Shown here one piece after another: positions 24,448 through 34,457 of a stretch of 38,349 nucleotides of DNA. The stretch is taken from positions 1 to 38,349 of IMG/VR virus record IMGVR_UViG_2681813146_000009. One strand, written 5' to 3'. The position numbers were made by a program, and so were the translations under genes. How positions within the stretch are numbered: the stretch's first letter is position 1; every line of letters begins with the position of its first letter. The notes below the pieces were generated by a model, which did not search any database, had not been told where the DNA came from, and was given only the letters and a program-made list of their open reading frames with translations. Source of the DNA: a virus. Its lineage: Duplodnaviria; Heunggongvirae; Uroviricota; Caudoviricetes.

Positions 24448-26347
24448 TTCTGCAGGAGCGATAGCAACCGGCCTCCTTGCGCTAAAAATTCCTGTCCCTC
24501 TGACGACAGTTCAGTGGGCAGATCGACATTATTACCTTCCGAAAGAGTCATCTTACACCCCGGGGCGGTGGGAAACACTGCCGTTTCAGGTTGCCATCAT
24601 GAACAGCATGGGGAATGACCGGATCCGCACTGTTAATCTGATTAAATCTGCCCGTGTTGGTTATACAAAGATGTTGCTGGGAGTGGAGGCTTATTTTATT
24701 GAGCATAAATCACGCAACAGCCTTCTTTTCCAGCCCACGGATTCTGCTGCTGAAGATTTTATGAAATCTCATGTGGAACCCACGATCAGGGATGTGCCGG
24801 TTTTACTCGATCTTGCACCGTGGTTTGGGCGTAAACATCGTGATAATACCCTCACGCTGAAACGTTTTTCATCGGGCGTGGGCTTCTGGTGCCTGGGCGG
24901 GGCTGCCGCTAAAAACTACCGTGAAAAATCCGTGGACGTGGTCTGCTATGACGAACTTTCCTCGTTCGAACCGGATGTCGAAAAAGAGGGTTCGCCAACC
25001 CTGCTTGGGGATAAACGTATTGAGGGCTCGGTATGGCCAAAATCCATTCGCGGCTCGACGCCTAAAATAAAAGGCTCCTGCCAGATCGAAAAAGCGGCCA
25101 ACGAGTCGGCGCATTTCATGCGTTTTTATGTGCCCTGCCCACACTGTGGGGAGGAGCAGTATCTGAAATTTGGCGATGAATCCACGCCTTTTGGCCTTAA
25201 ATGGGAGAAAGACAGCCCCGAAAGCGTTTTCTACCTCTGTGAACATCATGGCTGCGTGATCCATCAGTCTGAGCTTGACCAGAGCAACGGGCGGTGGATC
25301 TGTGAAAACACGGGGATGTGGACCCGTGACGGTCTGACGTTTTTCAGCGCCGCGGATAATGAAATTCCGCCGCCGCGCTCCATCACGTTCCATATCTGGA
25401 CGGCGTACAGTCCGTTCACCACCTGGGTACAGATAGTCTATGACTGGCTGGATGCACTGAAAGATCCCAACGGCCTGAAAACCTTTGTGAACACCACGCT
25501 GGGCGAGACCTGGGAAGAGGCCGTGGGCGAAAAACTCGATCACCAGGTACTGATGGATAAGGTCGTGCATTACACGGCGGCGGTGCCAGCCCGGGTGGTT
25601 TATCTGACGGCGGGCATTGACTCGCAGCGAAACCGTTTTGAGATGTATGTCTGGGGATGGGCACCGGGAGAGGAAGCTTTTCTGGTGGATAAAATCATCA
25701 TTATGGGCCGTCCCGATGAGGAAGAGACGCTGTTACGTGTGGATGCGGCGATCAACAAAAAATACTGCCATGCAGACGGAACCGAAATGACCATTTCCCG
25801 TGTCTGCTGGGACACCGGGGGGATCGATGGTGAAATTGTCTATCAGAGGTCAAAAAAACACGGTGTTTTCCGGGTGCTGCCGGTAAAAGGTGCATCTGTT
25901 TATGGCAAGCCGGTGATCACCATGCCAAAAACCCGCAATCAGCGGGGCGTGTATCTGTGCGAAGTGGGGACGGACACCGCAAAAGAAATTCTCTATGCCC
26001 GTATGAAAGCCGATCCCACGCCTGCGGATGAAGCCACGTCGTATGCCATCCGTTTTCCTGATGATCCGGAGATTTTTTCGCAGACAGAGGCGCAGCAACT
26101 GGTGGCGGAAGAGCTTGTGGAGAAGTGGGAAAAAGGAAAGATGCGTCTGCTGTGGGATAACAAAAAGCGGCGTAACGAAGCGCTGGACTGCCTGGTGTAT
26201 GCCTATGCGGCATTACGTGTGTCCGTGCAACGCTGGCAGCTTGATCTGGCTGTACTGGCAAAATCCCGGGAAGAAGAGACGACCCGGCCAACCCTTAAAG
26301 AACTGGCAGCGAAGCTGTCCGGAGGAGTGAATGGTTACAGTCGCTGA
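24419..26347 (+). CDS. A: Terminase large subunit A
   Basis: Extensive lambda gpA similarity; start ATG 24419 overlaps nu1 end. Confidence 0.9.
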   Translation: MISDELRAANSAGAIATGLLALKIPVPLTTVQWADRHYYLPKESSYTPGRWETLPFQVAIMNSMGNDRIRTVNLIKSARVGYTKMLLGVEAYFIEHKSRNSLLFQPTDSAAEDFMKSHVEPTIRDVPVLLDLAPWFGRKHRDNTLTLKRFSSGVGFWCLGGAAAKNYREKSVDVVCYDELSSFEPDVEKEGSPTLLGDKRIEGSVWPKSIRGSTPKIKGSCQIEKAANESAHFMRFYVPCPHCGEEQYLKFGDESTPFGLKWEKDSPESVFYLCEHHGCVIHQSELDQSNGRWICENTGMWTRDGLTFFSAADNEIPPPRSITFHIWTAYSPFTTWVQIVYDWLDALKDPNGLKTFVNTTLGETWEEAVGEKLDHQVLMDKVVHYTAAVPARVVYLTAGIDSQRNRFEMYVWGWAPGEEAFLVDKIIIMGRPDEEETLLRVDAAINKKYCHADGTEMTISRVCWDTGGIDGEIVYQRSKKHGVFRVLPVKGASVYGKPVITMPKTRNQRGVYLCEVGTDTAKEILYARMKADPTPADEATSYAIRFPDDPEIFSQTEAQQLVAEELVEKWEKGKMRLLWDNKKRRNEALDCLVYAYAALRVSVQRWQLDLAVLAKSREEETTRPTLKELAAKLSGGVNGYSR

Positions 26348-26537
26348 ACTACAGGCGCTGCGTCAGGCGCGCCTTGATTTATTAACCGGTAAACGGGTGG
26401 TGTCTGTCCAGAAAGATGGTCGCAGAATTGAATATACGGCGGCCTCTCTGGATGAGCTTAACCGTGCGATCAATGATGCTGAGTTGGTACTGGGGACAAC
26501 CCGCCGTCGCCGTCGTCCGCTGGGAGTGAGGTTATGA
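26331..26537 (+). CDS. W: Head-tail joining protein W
   Basis: Lambda gpW similarity (LxTGKRVxxVQKDGRR); GGAGGAG RBS. Confidence 0.85.
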   Translation: MVTVAELQALRQARLDLLTGKRVVSVQKDGRRIEYTAASLDELNRAINDAELVLGTTRRRRRPLGVRL

Positions 26538-28126
26538 AACGAACGCCTGTCCTGATTGATGTGAACGGCGTTCCGCTTCGGGAGAGCCTCAGCTACAACG
26601 GGGGCGGCGCAGGATTTGGCGGGCAAATGGCGGAGTGGTTGCCACCGGCGCAGAGTGCCGATGCGGCCCTGCTGCCCGCGTTGCGTCTGGGGAATGCCCG
26701 GGCAGATGATCTGGTGCGCAATAACGGGATAGCGGCCAATGCGGTGGCCCTGCATAAGGATCACATTGTCGGGCATATGTTTCTTATCAGCTACCGCCCG
26801 AACTGGCGCTGGCTGGGGATGCGGGAGACCGCGACAAAAAGTTTTGTCGATGAGGTGGAGGCGGCCTGGTCAGAATACGCAGAAGGGATGTTTGGTGAGA
26901 TCGACGTGGAAGGGAAACGCACGTTTACGGAATTTATCCGTGAAGGTGTGGGCGTTCATGCGTTTAACGGCGAAATCTTTGTGCAGCCGGTCTGGGATAC
27001 GGAGAGCACGCAACTGTTTCGTACGCGTTTTAAAGCCGTGAGTCCGAAACGGGTGGACACGCCAGGACACGGTATCGGGAACCGTTTTCTGCGGGCCGGT
27101 GTGGAGGTTGATCGATATGGCCGTGCCGTTGCGTACCATATCTGTGAGGATGATTTTCCTCGCTCCGGGAGTGGACGATGGGAACGGATCCCGCGTGAAC
27201 TTCCCACCGGGCGTCCGGCCATGCTGCATATTTTCGAGCCGGTGGAGGACGGGCAGACCCGTGGGGCCAACCAGTTTTACAGCGTCATGGAACGGCTGAA
27301 GATGCTCGATTCCCTGCAGGCAACACAGCTTCAGTCGGCCATTGTCAAGGCGATGTATGCAGCGACAATTGAAAGTGAACTGGATACCGAAAAGGCCTTT
27401 GAATATATCGCCGGTGCGCCGCAGGGGCAGAAGGATAATCCGCTTATTAATATTCTGGAGAAGTTCTCCAGCTGGTATGACACGAATAACGTGACGCTGG
27501 GCGGTGTCAAAATTCCGCACCTTTTCCCTGGTGATGATCTGAAACTACAGACAGCGCAGGATTCAGACAATGGATTTTCTGCGCTTGAACAGGCGCTGCT
27601 GCGGTATATCGCCGCCGGTCTTGGCGTTTCCTACGAACAGTTGTCCCGTGATTACTCGAAGGTCAGTTACTCAAGTGCCCGCGCCTCCGCCAATGAGTCG
27701 TGGCGCTATTTTATGGGGCGGCGAAAATTTATTGCGTCCCGGCTGGCCACGCAGATGTTTTCCTGCTGGCTGGAAGAGGCACTTCTGCGGGGGATTATCC
27801 GTCCGCCACGGGCACGTTTTGATTTTTATCAGGCGCGTTCAGCCTGGTCACGGGCTGAGTGGATTGGTGCCGGAAGAATGGCCATTGACGGGCTCAAGGA
27901 GGTTCAGGAATCGGTGATGCGTATTGATTCCGGACTGAGCACGTATGAGAAAGAGCTGGCGCTGATGGGCGAGGATTATCAGGACATTTTCCGCCAGCAG
28001 GTCAGGGAATCTGCAGAGCGGGAAAAAGCCGGACTCTCACGTCCGGTGTGGATAGCGCAGGCGTATCAGCAGCAGATAGCGGAGAGTCGCAGGCCGGAAG
28101 AGGAGACAACACCACGTGAGACGTAA
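26534..28126 (+). CDS. B: Portal protein B
   Basis: 530-aa ORF in lambda B position. Confidence 0.9.
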   Translation: MKRTPVLIDVNGVPLRESLSYNGGGAGFGGQMAEWLPPAQSADAALLPALRLGNARADDLVRNNGIAANAVALHKDHIVGHMFLISYRPNWRWLGMRETATKSFVDEVEAAWSEYAEGMFGEIDVEGKRTFTEFIREGVGVHAFNGEIFVQPVWDTESTQLFRTRFKAVSPKRVDTPGHGIGNRFLRAGVEVDRYGRAVAYHICEDDFPRSGSGRWERIPRELPTGRPAMLHIFEPVEDGQTRGANQFYSVMERLKMLDSLQATQLQSAIVKAMYAATIESELDTEKAFEYIAGAPQGQKDNPLINILEKFSSWYDTNNVTLGGVKIPHLFPGDDLKLQTAQDSDNGFSALEQALLRYIAAGLGVSYEQLSRDYSKVSYSSARASANESWRYFMGRRKFIASRLATQMFSCWLEEALLRGIIRPPRARFDFYQARSAWSRAEWIGAGRMAIDGLKEVQESVMRIDSGLSTYEKELALMGEDYQDIFRQQVRESAEREKAGLSRPVWIAQAYQQQIAESRRPEEETTPRET

Positions 28127-29621
28127 TCTTTCACACATTATTGCAGCAGCATTCAATGAACCGCTGCTTCTGGAGCCCGCCTATGCGCGGGTTTTCTTTT
28201 GCGCGCTCGGGCGCGAGATGGGGGCAGCAAGTCTTTCGGTACCGCAACAGCAGGTACAGCTTGATGCTCCCGGGATGCTGGCTGAAACGGACGAGTACAT
28301 GGCCGGAGGTAAACGACCGGCCCGTGTTTACCGGGTGGTGAACGGTATTGCGGTACTGCCGGTGACCGGCACGCTGGTGCACCGGCTGGGGGGGATGCGG
28401 CCATTTTCCGGAATGACTGGCTATGACGGCATTGTCGCCTGTCTTCAGCAGGCAATGGCAGATAGCCAGGTGCGGGGCATACTGCTGGACATTGACAGTC
28501 CGGGCGGGCAGGCCGCCGGCGCGTTTGACTGCGTTGACATGATTTACCGCCTCCGGCAGCAGAAGCCGGTCTGGGCACTGTGCAATGACACGGCCTGTTC
28601 TGCAGCCATGCTGCTGGCGTCGGCCTGCTCCCGACGGCTGGTTACCCAGACATCCCGTATCGGCTCCATTGGCGTGATGATGAGCCATGTCAGCTATGCC
28701 GGTCATCTGGCGCAGGCCGGTGTGGATATCACGCTGATTTATGCCGGGGCGCACAAGGTGGATGGCAATCAGTTTGAAGCGTTGCCGGCAGAGGTTCGCC
28801 AGGACATGCAGCAGCGGATTGATGCGGCGCGCCGGATGTTTGCCGAAAAAGTGGCGATGTATACCGGTCTGTCTGTTGATGCCGTCACGGGAACAGAGGC
28901 TGCCGTTTTTGAAGGTCAGTCCGGCATTGAGGCCGGGCTGGCGGATGAATTAATCAATGCGTCGGATGCCATCAGTGTGATGGCCACGGCGCTGAACAGT
29001 AATGTCAGAGGAGGCACTATGCCGCAATTAACTGCAACGGAAGCCGCCGTGCAGGAGAACCAGCGAGTGATGGGGATCCTGACATGCCAGGAAGCGAAAG
29101 GACGTGAACAGCTTGCCACGATGCTGGCAGGGCAACAGGGCATGAGCGTTGAACAGGCCCGGGCGATTCTGGCCGCGGCGGCACCGCAGCAGCCGGTGGC
29201 ATCCGCACAGAGTGAAGCCGATCGCATTATGGCGTGTGAAGAAGCGAACGGTCGTGAACAACTGGCAGCAACGCTGGCGGCGATGCCGGAGAGGACGGTG
29301 GAAAAAGCCCGCCCGATCCTGGCTGCTTCACCGCAGGCGAATGCCGGGCCCTCACTTCGTGATCAGATCATGGCACTGGATGAGGCAAAAGGGGCTGAGG
29401 CGCAGGCTGAACAGCTGGCTGCCTGCCCGGGAATGACTGTGGAGAGCGCCCGGGCTGTGCTGGCTGCGGGATCAGGTAAGGCAGAACCGGTCTCTGCATC
29501 CACAACCGCCCTGTTTGAACATTTCATGGCGAACCATTCACCGGCTGCGGTCCAGGGGGGCGTGTCACAGGCGTCAGAAGACGGTGATGCGGACGTGAAA
29601 ATGCTCATGGCCATGCCATGA
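28116..29621 (+). CDS. C: Capsid assembly protease C (S49 family), GTG start, extended C-terminal repeat region
   Basis: Similarity to lambda gpC (AFNEPLxLEPAYARVFFCAL, GSIGVMM); three EAxGREQLA-type repeats. Confidence 0.85.
   Translation: MRRNLSHIIAAAFNEPLLLEPAYARVFFCALGREMGAASLSVPQQQVQLDAPGMLAETDEYMAGGKRPARVYRVVNGIAVLPVTGTLVHRLGGMRPFSGMTGYDGIVACLQQAMADSQVRGILLDIDSPGGQAAGAFDCVDMIYRLRQQKPVWALCNDTACSAAMLLASACSRRLVTQTSRIGSIGVMMSHVSYAGHLAQAGVDITLIYAGAHKVDGNQFEALPAEVRQDMQQRIDAARRMFAEKVAMYTGLSVDAVTGTEAAVFEGQSGIEAGLADELINASDAISVMATALNSNVRGGTMPQLTATEAAVQENQRVMGILTCQEAKGREQLATMLAGQQGMSVEQARAILAAAAPQQPVASAQSEADRIMACEEANGREQLAATLAAMPERTVEKARPILAASPQANAGPSLRDQIMALDEAKGAEAQAEQLAACPGMTVESARAVLAAGSGKAEPVSASTTALFEHFMANHSPAAVQGGVSQASEDGDADVKMLMAMP
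29019..29621 (+). CDS. nu3: Scaffold protein Nu3, nested in frame within C
   Basis: Internal ATG with strong GAGGAGG RBS; product corresponds to the lambda Nu3 region. Confidence 0.5.
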   Translation: MPQLTATEAAVQENQRVMGILTCQEAKGREQLATMLAGQQGMSVEQARAILAAAAPQQPVASAQSEADRIMACEEANGREQLAATLAAMPERTVEKARPILAASPQANAGPSLRDQIMALDEAKGAEAQAEQLAACPGMTVESARAVLAAGSGKAEPVSASTTALFEHFMANHSPAAVQGGVSQASEDGDADVKMLMAMP

Positions 29622-29657
29622 AGTCAGTGCTGAACATCAATACGAGGTTTTAACAAT

Positions 29658-30005
29658 ATGGTGACGAAAACCATCACTGAACAGCGTGCGGAAGTACGTA
29701 TTTTTGCCGGTAATGATCCGGCTCACACCGCCACAGGCAGCAGCGGGATTTCCTCGGCAACACCGGCACTGACACCCCTGATGCTGGATGGGGCCACCGG
29801 GAAACTGGTGGTCTGGGACGGACAGAAAGCCGGTAGTGCGGTTGGCATACTGGTACTGCCGCTTGAAGGCACAGAGGCGGTGCTGACGTATTACAAGTCG
29901 GGGACCTTTGCGACGGAGGCAATCCGCTGGCCTGAAAGTGTGGATGAACACAAAAAGGCCAACGCCTTTACCGGCAGTGCCCTGAGTCACGCGGCGCTGC
30001 CGTAA
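29658..30005 (+). CDS. D: Head decoration protein D
   Basis: Similarity to lambda gpD (DPAHTAT, LTFYKSGTF). Confidence 0.85.
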   Translation: MVTKTITEQRAEVRIFAGNDPAHTATGSSGISSATPALTPLMLDGATGKLVVWDGQKAGSAVGILVLPLEGTEAVLTYYKSGTFATEAIRWPESVDEHKKANAFTGSALSHAALP

Positions 30006-30062
30006 CACGTTATCAGGCCACCGCGTTGGCCTGACTGATTTCTTAATGAAAGGAACTGATTT

Positions 30063-31091
30063 ATGGGATTGTTTACGACCCGCCAGTTACTCGGTTATAC
30101 CGAACAAAAAGTGAAATTCCGTGCGCTGTTTCTGGAGCTGTTTTTCCGCCGTACGGTGAATTTCCACACCGAAGAGGTGATGCTGGACAAAATTACCGGA
30201 AAAACGCCGGTGGCGGCCTATGTCTCCCCGATCGTTGAAGGAAAAGTGCTTCGCCATCGCGGTGGTGAAACCCGCGTGTTACGTCCGGGCTACGTCAAGC
30301 CCAAACACGAATTTAATTACCAGCAGGCGGTTGAGCGCCTTCCTGGTGAAGATCCGGCTCAGCTGAACGACCCGGCCTACCGTCGTCTGCGTATCATTAC
30401 CGATAACCTCAAACAGGAAGAGCACGCCATTGTCCAGGTGGAAGAAATGCAGGCGGTGAATGCCGTGCTGTATGGCAAATACACCATGGAAGGGGATCAG
30501 TTTGATACTGTCGAGGTGGATTTCGGGCGCTCTGAAGGAAATAACATTGAGCAGGCTGACGGTAAAAAATGGTCTGAGCAGGACCGTGATACGTTTGATC
30601 CGACGCATGATATTGACCTCTACTGCGATCAGGCCAGCGGCCTTGTGAATATCGCCATTATGGACGGTACGGTCTGGCGTCTGCTGAATGGCTTTAAGCT
30701 GTTCCGCGAAAAACTGGATACCCGTCGCGGCTCAAATTCACAACTCGAAACGGCAGTGAAAGACCTGGGGGCGGTGGTGTCCTTCAAGGGGTATTACGGC
30801 GATCTGGCCATTGTGGTGGCGAAAACGTCTTATGTGGCAGAGGACGGTACCGAAAAACGTTATCTGCCGGAGGGCACACTGGTCCTGGGGAATACGGCAG
30901 CAGAGGGCATTCGTTGCTATGGTGCCATTCAGGATGCGCAGGCGTTGTCCGAAGGTGTGGTGGCCTCTTCCCGTTATCCGAAACACTGGCTGACCGTGGG
31001 CGATCCGGCCCGTGAATTCACCATGACGCAGTCCGCACCGCTGATGGTGCTGCCGGATCCGGATGAGTTTGTGGTGGTACAGGTGAAATAA
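30063..31091 (+). CDS. E: Major capsid protein E
   Basis: Strong lambda gpE similarity. Confidence 0.9.
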   Translation: MGLFTTRQLLGYTEQKVKFRALFLELFFRRTVNFHTEEVMLDKITGKTPVAAYVSPIVEGKVLRHRGGETRVLRPGYVKPKHEFNYQQAVERLPGEDPAQLNDPAYRRLRIITDNLKQEEHAIVQVEEMQAVNAVLYGKYTMEGDQFDTVEVDFGRSEGNNIEQADGKKWSEQDRDTFDPTHDIDLYCDQASGLVNIAIMDGTVWRLLNGFKLFREKLDTRRGSNSQLETAVKDLGAVVSFKGYYGDLAIVVAKTSYVAEDGTEKRYLPEGTLVLGNTAAEGIRCYGAIQDAQALSEGVVASSRYPKHWLTVGDPAREFTMTQSAPLMVLPDPDEFVVVQVK

Positions 31092-31100
31092 TCCGTGAGC

Positions 31101-31128
31101 GGGGGCGAAATGCCCCCGTGTCTTTTTT
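31101..31128 (+). terminator. Hairpin plus T-run after E (candidate attenuator)
   Basis: GGGGGC-GAAAT-GCCCCC followed by GTGTCTTTTTT. Confidence 0.5.
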
Positions 31129-31142
31129 CACAGGAGGCTGAG

Positions 31143-31526
31143 ATGGCAACAAAAGAAGAAAATCTGAATCGTCTTCGTCAACTGGCTGGCCTGCTGGGGC
31201 GCGAGGCGGATATGTCGGGGAGTGCTGCGGATATTGCTCAACGTGTGTCTGAGTGGGAAGAGGAGCTTGCTGTTTCCCCGGAGGGCATTATGCACTCTGA
31301 TGAGAGCGGGGCTGATCAAAATCACACAGACGATGGTGAGCAGTTGCACAACACTGATGCTACGGATGATGTTAAAGCGGTCCGTGTGCGGAAATGCCTG
31401 CATGTGATGGGGTATTGCCCGGAGACAGGCCGTCCCGTTGAACTGACGTACCGGGGCATGCGTGTTATGGTGCCATCACCACTGGCGACAGCCATGATAC
31501 AGCACGGAACGGCTGAGCATGCGTGA
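31143..31526 (+). CDS. FI: DNA packaging/head completion protein FI-like
   Basis: AGGAGG RBS; position between E and FII; weak similarity to lambda FI. Confidence 0.65.
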   Translation: MATKEENLNRLRQLAGLLGREADMSGSAADIAQRVSEWEEELAVSPEGIMHSDESGADQNHTDDGEQLHNTDATDDVKAVRVRKCLHVMGYCPETGRPVELTYRGMRVMVPSPLATAMIQHGTAEHA

Positions 31527-31872
31527 TTTTCAGAATGCCTTTGATGCTGCCCTTGCCGGGGTGGACAGCACGATTGTTGAAGTGATGGGGATCCGTGCGC
31601 AGTTCACCTCCGGAGCACAACGTGGCGGCGAAGTTCAGGGGGTTTTTGACGATCCGGAGTCGCTGGGTTTTGCCGGTGGCGGGGTCCGTATTGAAGGAAG
31701 CAGCCCGTCATTATTTGTGCGGACGGATACGGTGCGTGCCGTGCGGCGTGGTGACACGCTGACCATTAACGGCGAGATGTTCTGGGTGGATCGTGTTTCT
31801 CCGGATGACGGGGGAAGCTGTTATCTCTGGCTCAACCGTGGGCAACCACCCGCTGTTAACCGGCGACGATAA
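31519..31872 (+). CDS. FII: Head-tail connector FII
   Basis: Strong lambda FII similarity (WVDRVSPDDGGSC). Confidence 0.9.
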   Translation: MRDFQNAFDAALAGVDSTIVEVMGIRAQFTSGAQRGGEVQGVFDDPESLGFAGGGVRIEGSSPSLFVRTDTVRAVRRGDTLTINGEMFWVDRVSPDDGGSCYLWLNRGQPPAVNRRR

Positions 31873-31887
31873 ACGCAGGGTGAAATT

Positions 31888-32421
31888 ATGGCGATAAAAG
31901 GGCTTGATCAGGCGATTGATAATCTGAGCCGGGTTCGTAAAAACGCCATTCCGGCGGCTTCAGCAATGGCCATTAACCGCGTGGCCACAACGGCGATTAA
32001 TCAGTCTTCATCACAGGTTGCCCGGGAGACAAAGGTACGCCGGAAACTGGTAAAGGAACGGTCCAGACTGAAACGGGCGACGGTCAGAAATCCGAACGCA
32101 AAAATTATCGTTAACCGCGGTGATCTTCCAGTGATTAAGCTGGGGATCAGGATGCTGGGCCGTCGTCCGAACAGCATACTTAAAGCCGGTCAGCATCGGT
32201 ATCAGCGGGCATTCATTCAGCGATTAAAAAACGGTCGCTGGCATGTCATGCAGCGTGTGGCCGGGAAAAACCGTTACCCTATTGATGTGGTGAAAATCCC
32301 GATGGCGGCCCCACTGAAACAGGCGTTTGATGAGAATGTTGACCGTATCCGGCGTGAACGCCTGCCCGGAGAACTGGCATCCGCGCTGAAACAACAACTG
32401 AGGATTGCGATAAAACGATGA
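31888..32421 (+). CDS. Z: Tail completion protein Z
   Basis: Lambda Z similarity (MAIKGL, RWHVMQRVAGKNRYPIDVVKIPMA). Confidence 0.9.
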   Translation: MAIKGLDQAIDNLSRVRKNAIPAASAMAINRVATTAINQSSSQVARETKVRRKLVKERSRLKRATVRNPNAKIIVNRGDLPVIKLGIRMLGRRPNSILKAGQHRYQRAFIQRLKNGRWHVMQRVAGKNRYPIDVVKIPMAAPLKQAFDENVDRIRRERLPGELASALKQQLRIAIKR

Positions 32422-32813
32422 AACACACTGACATTCGTGCCGCAGTGCTGGATGCACTCGAGCAGCATGAACACGGGGCGACGCTGTTTGATGGTCGCCC
32501 CGTTGTTTTTGACGAAGAGGATTTTCCTGCGATCGCGGTTTATCTGACGGATGCAGAGTATACCGGTGAAGAGCTGGATGCAGATACCTGGCGGGCCACG
32601 CTGCATATTGAGGTGTTTTTACCGGCACAGGTACCGGATTCAGAGCTTGATCAGTGGATGGAAAGCCGGATTTACCCGGCGATGACCGCGATCCCGGCAC
32701 TGGCAGGACTGATTACCACGATGGTTACGCAGGGCTATGAGTATCGTCGTGATGACGATATGGCGTTATGGAGTTCTGCAGATCTGACTTATTCCATTAC
32801 ATACGAGATGTGA
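32418..32813 (+). CDS. U: Tail terminator U
   Basis: Near-identical to recalled lambda U over most of its length. Confidence 0.9.
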   Translation: MKHTDIRAAVLDALEQHEHGATLFDGRPVVFDEEDFPAIAVYLTDAEYTGEELDADTWRATLHIEVFLPAQVPDSELDQWMESRIYPAMTAIPALAGLITTMVTQGYEYRRDDDMALWSSADLTYSITYEM

Positions 32814-32820
32814 GGACGAT

Positions 32821-33567
32821 ATGGCAACACCAAATCCCCTTGAGCCGGTAAAAGGTGCCGGTACCACTCTGTGGGTTTACAACGGCAAGGCTGATGCTTA
32901 TGCAAACCCGTTGTCAGACGATGGCTGGCAGCGACTGGCTAAGGTGAAGGATCTGACGCCGGGCGAGATGACGGCTGAACCCTACGATGATAACTACCTG
33001 GATGATGAAGACGCGGACTGGACCGCGACCGGGCAGGGACAGAAATCTGCAGGTGATACCAGTTTTACGCTGGCCTGGAAACCGGGAGAGGAAGGCCAGA
33101 AAGGGCTTATAGGCTGGTTTGAAAGCGGCGATGTCCGGGCCTATAAAATCCGTTTTCCGAATGGCACGGTGGATGTGTTTCGTGGCTGGGTCAGCAGTAT
33201 CGGTAAGGCCGTGACGGCGAAAGAAGTGATCACCCGCACGGTGAAAGTCACTAACGTGGGTAAACCTTCTGTAGCGGAAGAACGCAGCAAAATTACGCCG
33301 GTCACTGCGATTAAGGTGACGCCGACAGGTACGGTTGAAAAAGGGAAAACAACCACCCTGACCGTTACTGTGGAACCGGAAAATGCAACGGATAAGACAT
33401 TCAGGGCGATTTCCGCCGATCCATCAAAAGCCACCATTAGCGTGAAAGATATGACGATTACTGTGGCGGGGGTTAAGGATGGAAAAGTCAGCATCCCTGT
33501 GATTTCCGGTAATGGTCAGTTTGCTGCGGTGGCTGAAATTACCGTTAATAATGTGCCGGGTGGCTAA
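32821..33567 (+). CDS. V: Major tail tube protein V (with C-terminal Ig-like domain)
   Basis: Lambda V-like; lambda position. Confidence 0.9.
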   Translation: MATPNPLEPVKGAGTTLWVYNGKADAYANPLSDDGWQRLAKVKDLTPGEMTAEPYDDNYLDDEDADWTATGQGQKSAGDTSFTLAWKPGEEGQKGLIGWFESGDVRAYKIRFPNGTVDVFRGWVSSIGKAVTAKEVITRTVKVTNVGKPSVAEERSKITPVTAIKVTPTGTVEKGKTTTLTVTVEPENATDKTFRAISADPSKATISVKDMTITVAGVKDGKVSIPVISGNGQFAAVAEITVNNVPGG

Positions 33568-33585
33568 AGAGCTGAGAGATAAGCG

Positions 33586-34017
33586 ATGTTCCTGAAAACA
33601 GAACAATTTGAATATAACGGTGTATCCGTCACGCTTTCTGAGCTGTCTGCGCTGCAGCGTATTGAGCATCTTGCCCTCCTGAAACGGCGGGCAGAAGAGG
33701 CTGAAGCCAGCGGCAACCTGCAGGTGAGTGTGGAAGATCTTGTCAGAACCGGCGCGTTTCTGGTGGCGATGTCCCTGTGGCATAACCATCCACAGAAAAC
33801 GCAGTCACCGTCAATGAATGAGGCCGTGATGAAGATAGAGCAGGAAGTGCTCACCACCTGGCCTGCCGATGCCATTGCCCGGGCGGAAGACGTGGTGTTG
33901 TGCCTGTCCGGGATGATCGAAGCTGTTCGTCCGGATACTGATATTACTGAAGTGGCGAAAAATAACACGCTGACTGATGATGATTTTTCTGCGGGAAAGT
34001 CTTCGACGGCGAGCTGA
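33586..34017 (+). CDS. G: Tail assembly chaperone G
   Basis: Lambda G similarity (MFLKTE); contains slippery heptamer near 3' end. Confidence 0.9.
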   Translation: MFLKTEQFEYNGVSVTLSELSALQRIEHLALLKRRAEEAEASGNLQVSVEDLVRTGAFLVAMSLWHNHPQKTQSPSMNEAVMKIEQEVLTTWPADAIARAEDVVLCLSGMIEAVRPDTDITEVAKNNTLTDDDFSAGKSSTAS

Positions 34018-34457
34018 ACTTTGCCCTCAGACTGGCGCGTGAGATGGGGAGACCCGACTGGCGCGCCATGCTTGCCGGGATGACATCCACCGAATATGCC
34101 GACTGGCACCGTTTTTACCGCACGCATTATTTTCAGGATACCCAGCTGGATATGCATTTTTCCGGGCTGACGTACGCTGTACTCAGCCTGTTTTTTTGCG
34201 ATCCGGATATGCATCCCTCTGATTTCAGTCTGCTTGTCCCCCGGCATGAGGAAGAGCAGGTGGAGAGGCCGGATGAGGACAAAATGCTGATGCAGAAAGC
34301 GGCAGGACTTGCCGGAGGCGTCCGGTTCGGTGGGGACGGAGGGCGCGATATTTTATCGTCTGTGGATGTGGCGGATGTCATGGTGGATGATGCCGCATTA
34401 ATGATGGCTTCAGCGGGGATTCCGGGAGGTGTGAGATATGTCCCAGCCGGTTGGTGA
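33993..34457 (+). CDS. T: T portion of G-T fusion, expressed by -1 programmed frameshift at GGGAAAG (33993-33999)
   Basis: Slippery G GGA AAG in G frame; -1 frame open to 34457 and encodes lambda gpT-like sequence (MGRPDWRAMLAGM...). Confidence 0.8.
   Translation, partial: GKVFDGELNFALRLAREMGRPDWRAMLAGMTSTEYADWHRFYRTHYFQDTQLDMHFSGLTYAVLSLFFCDPDMHPSDFSLLVPRHEEEQVERPDEDKMLMQKAAGLAGGVRFGGDGGRDILSSVDVADVMVDDAALMMASAGIPGGVRYVPAGW

Noticed and set aside
24869-25570. 233-aa minus-strand ORF inside the terminase large subunit gene
   Set aside because: Antisense to a well-supported lambda gpA homolog; Arg/Pro-rich composition typical of spurious frames in GC-rich coding DNA.
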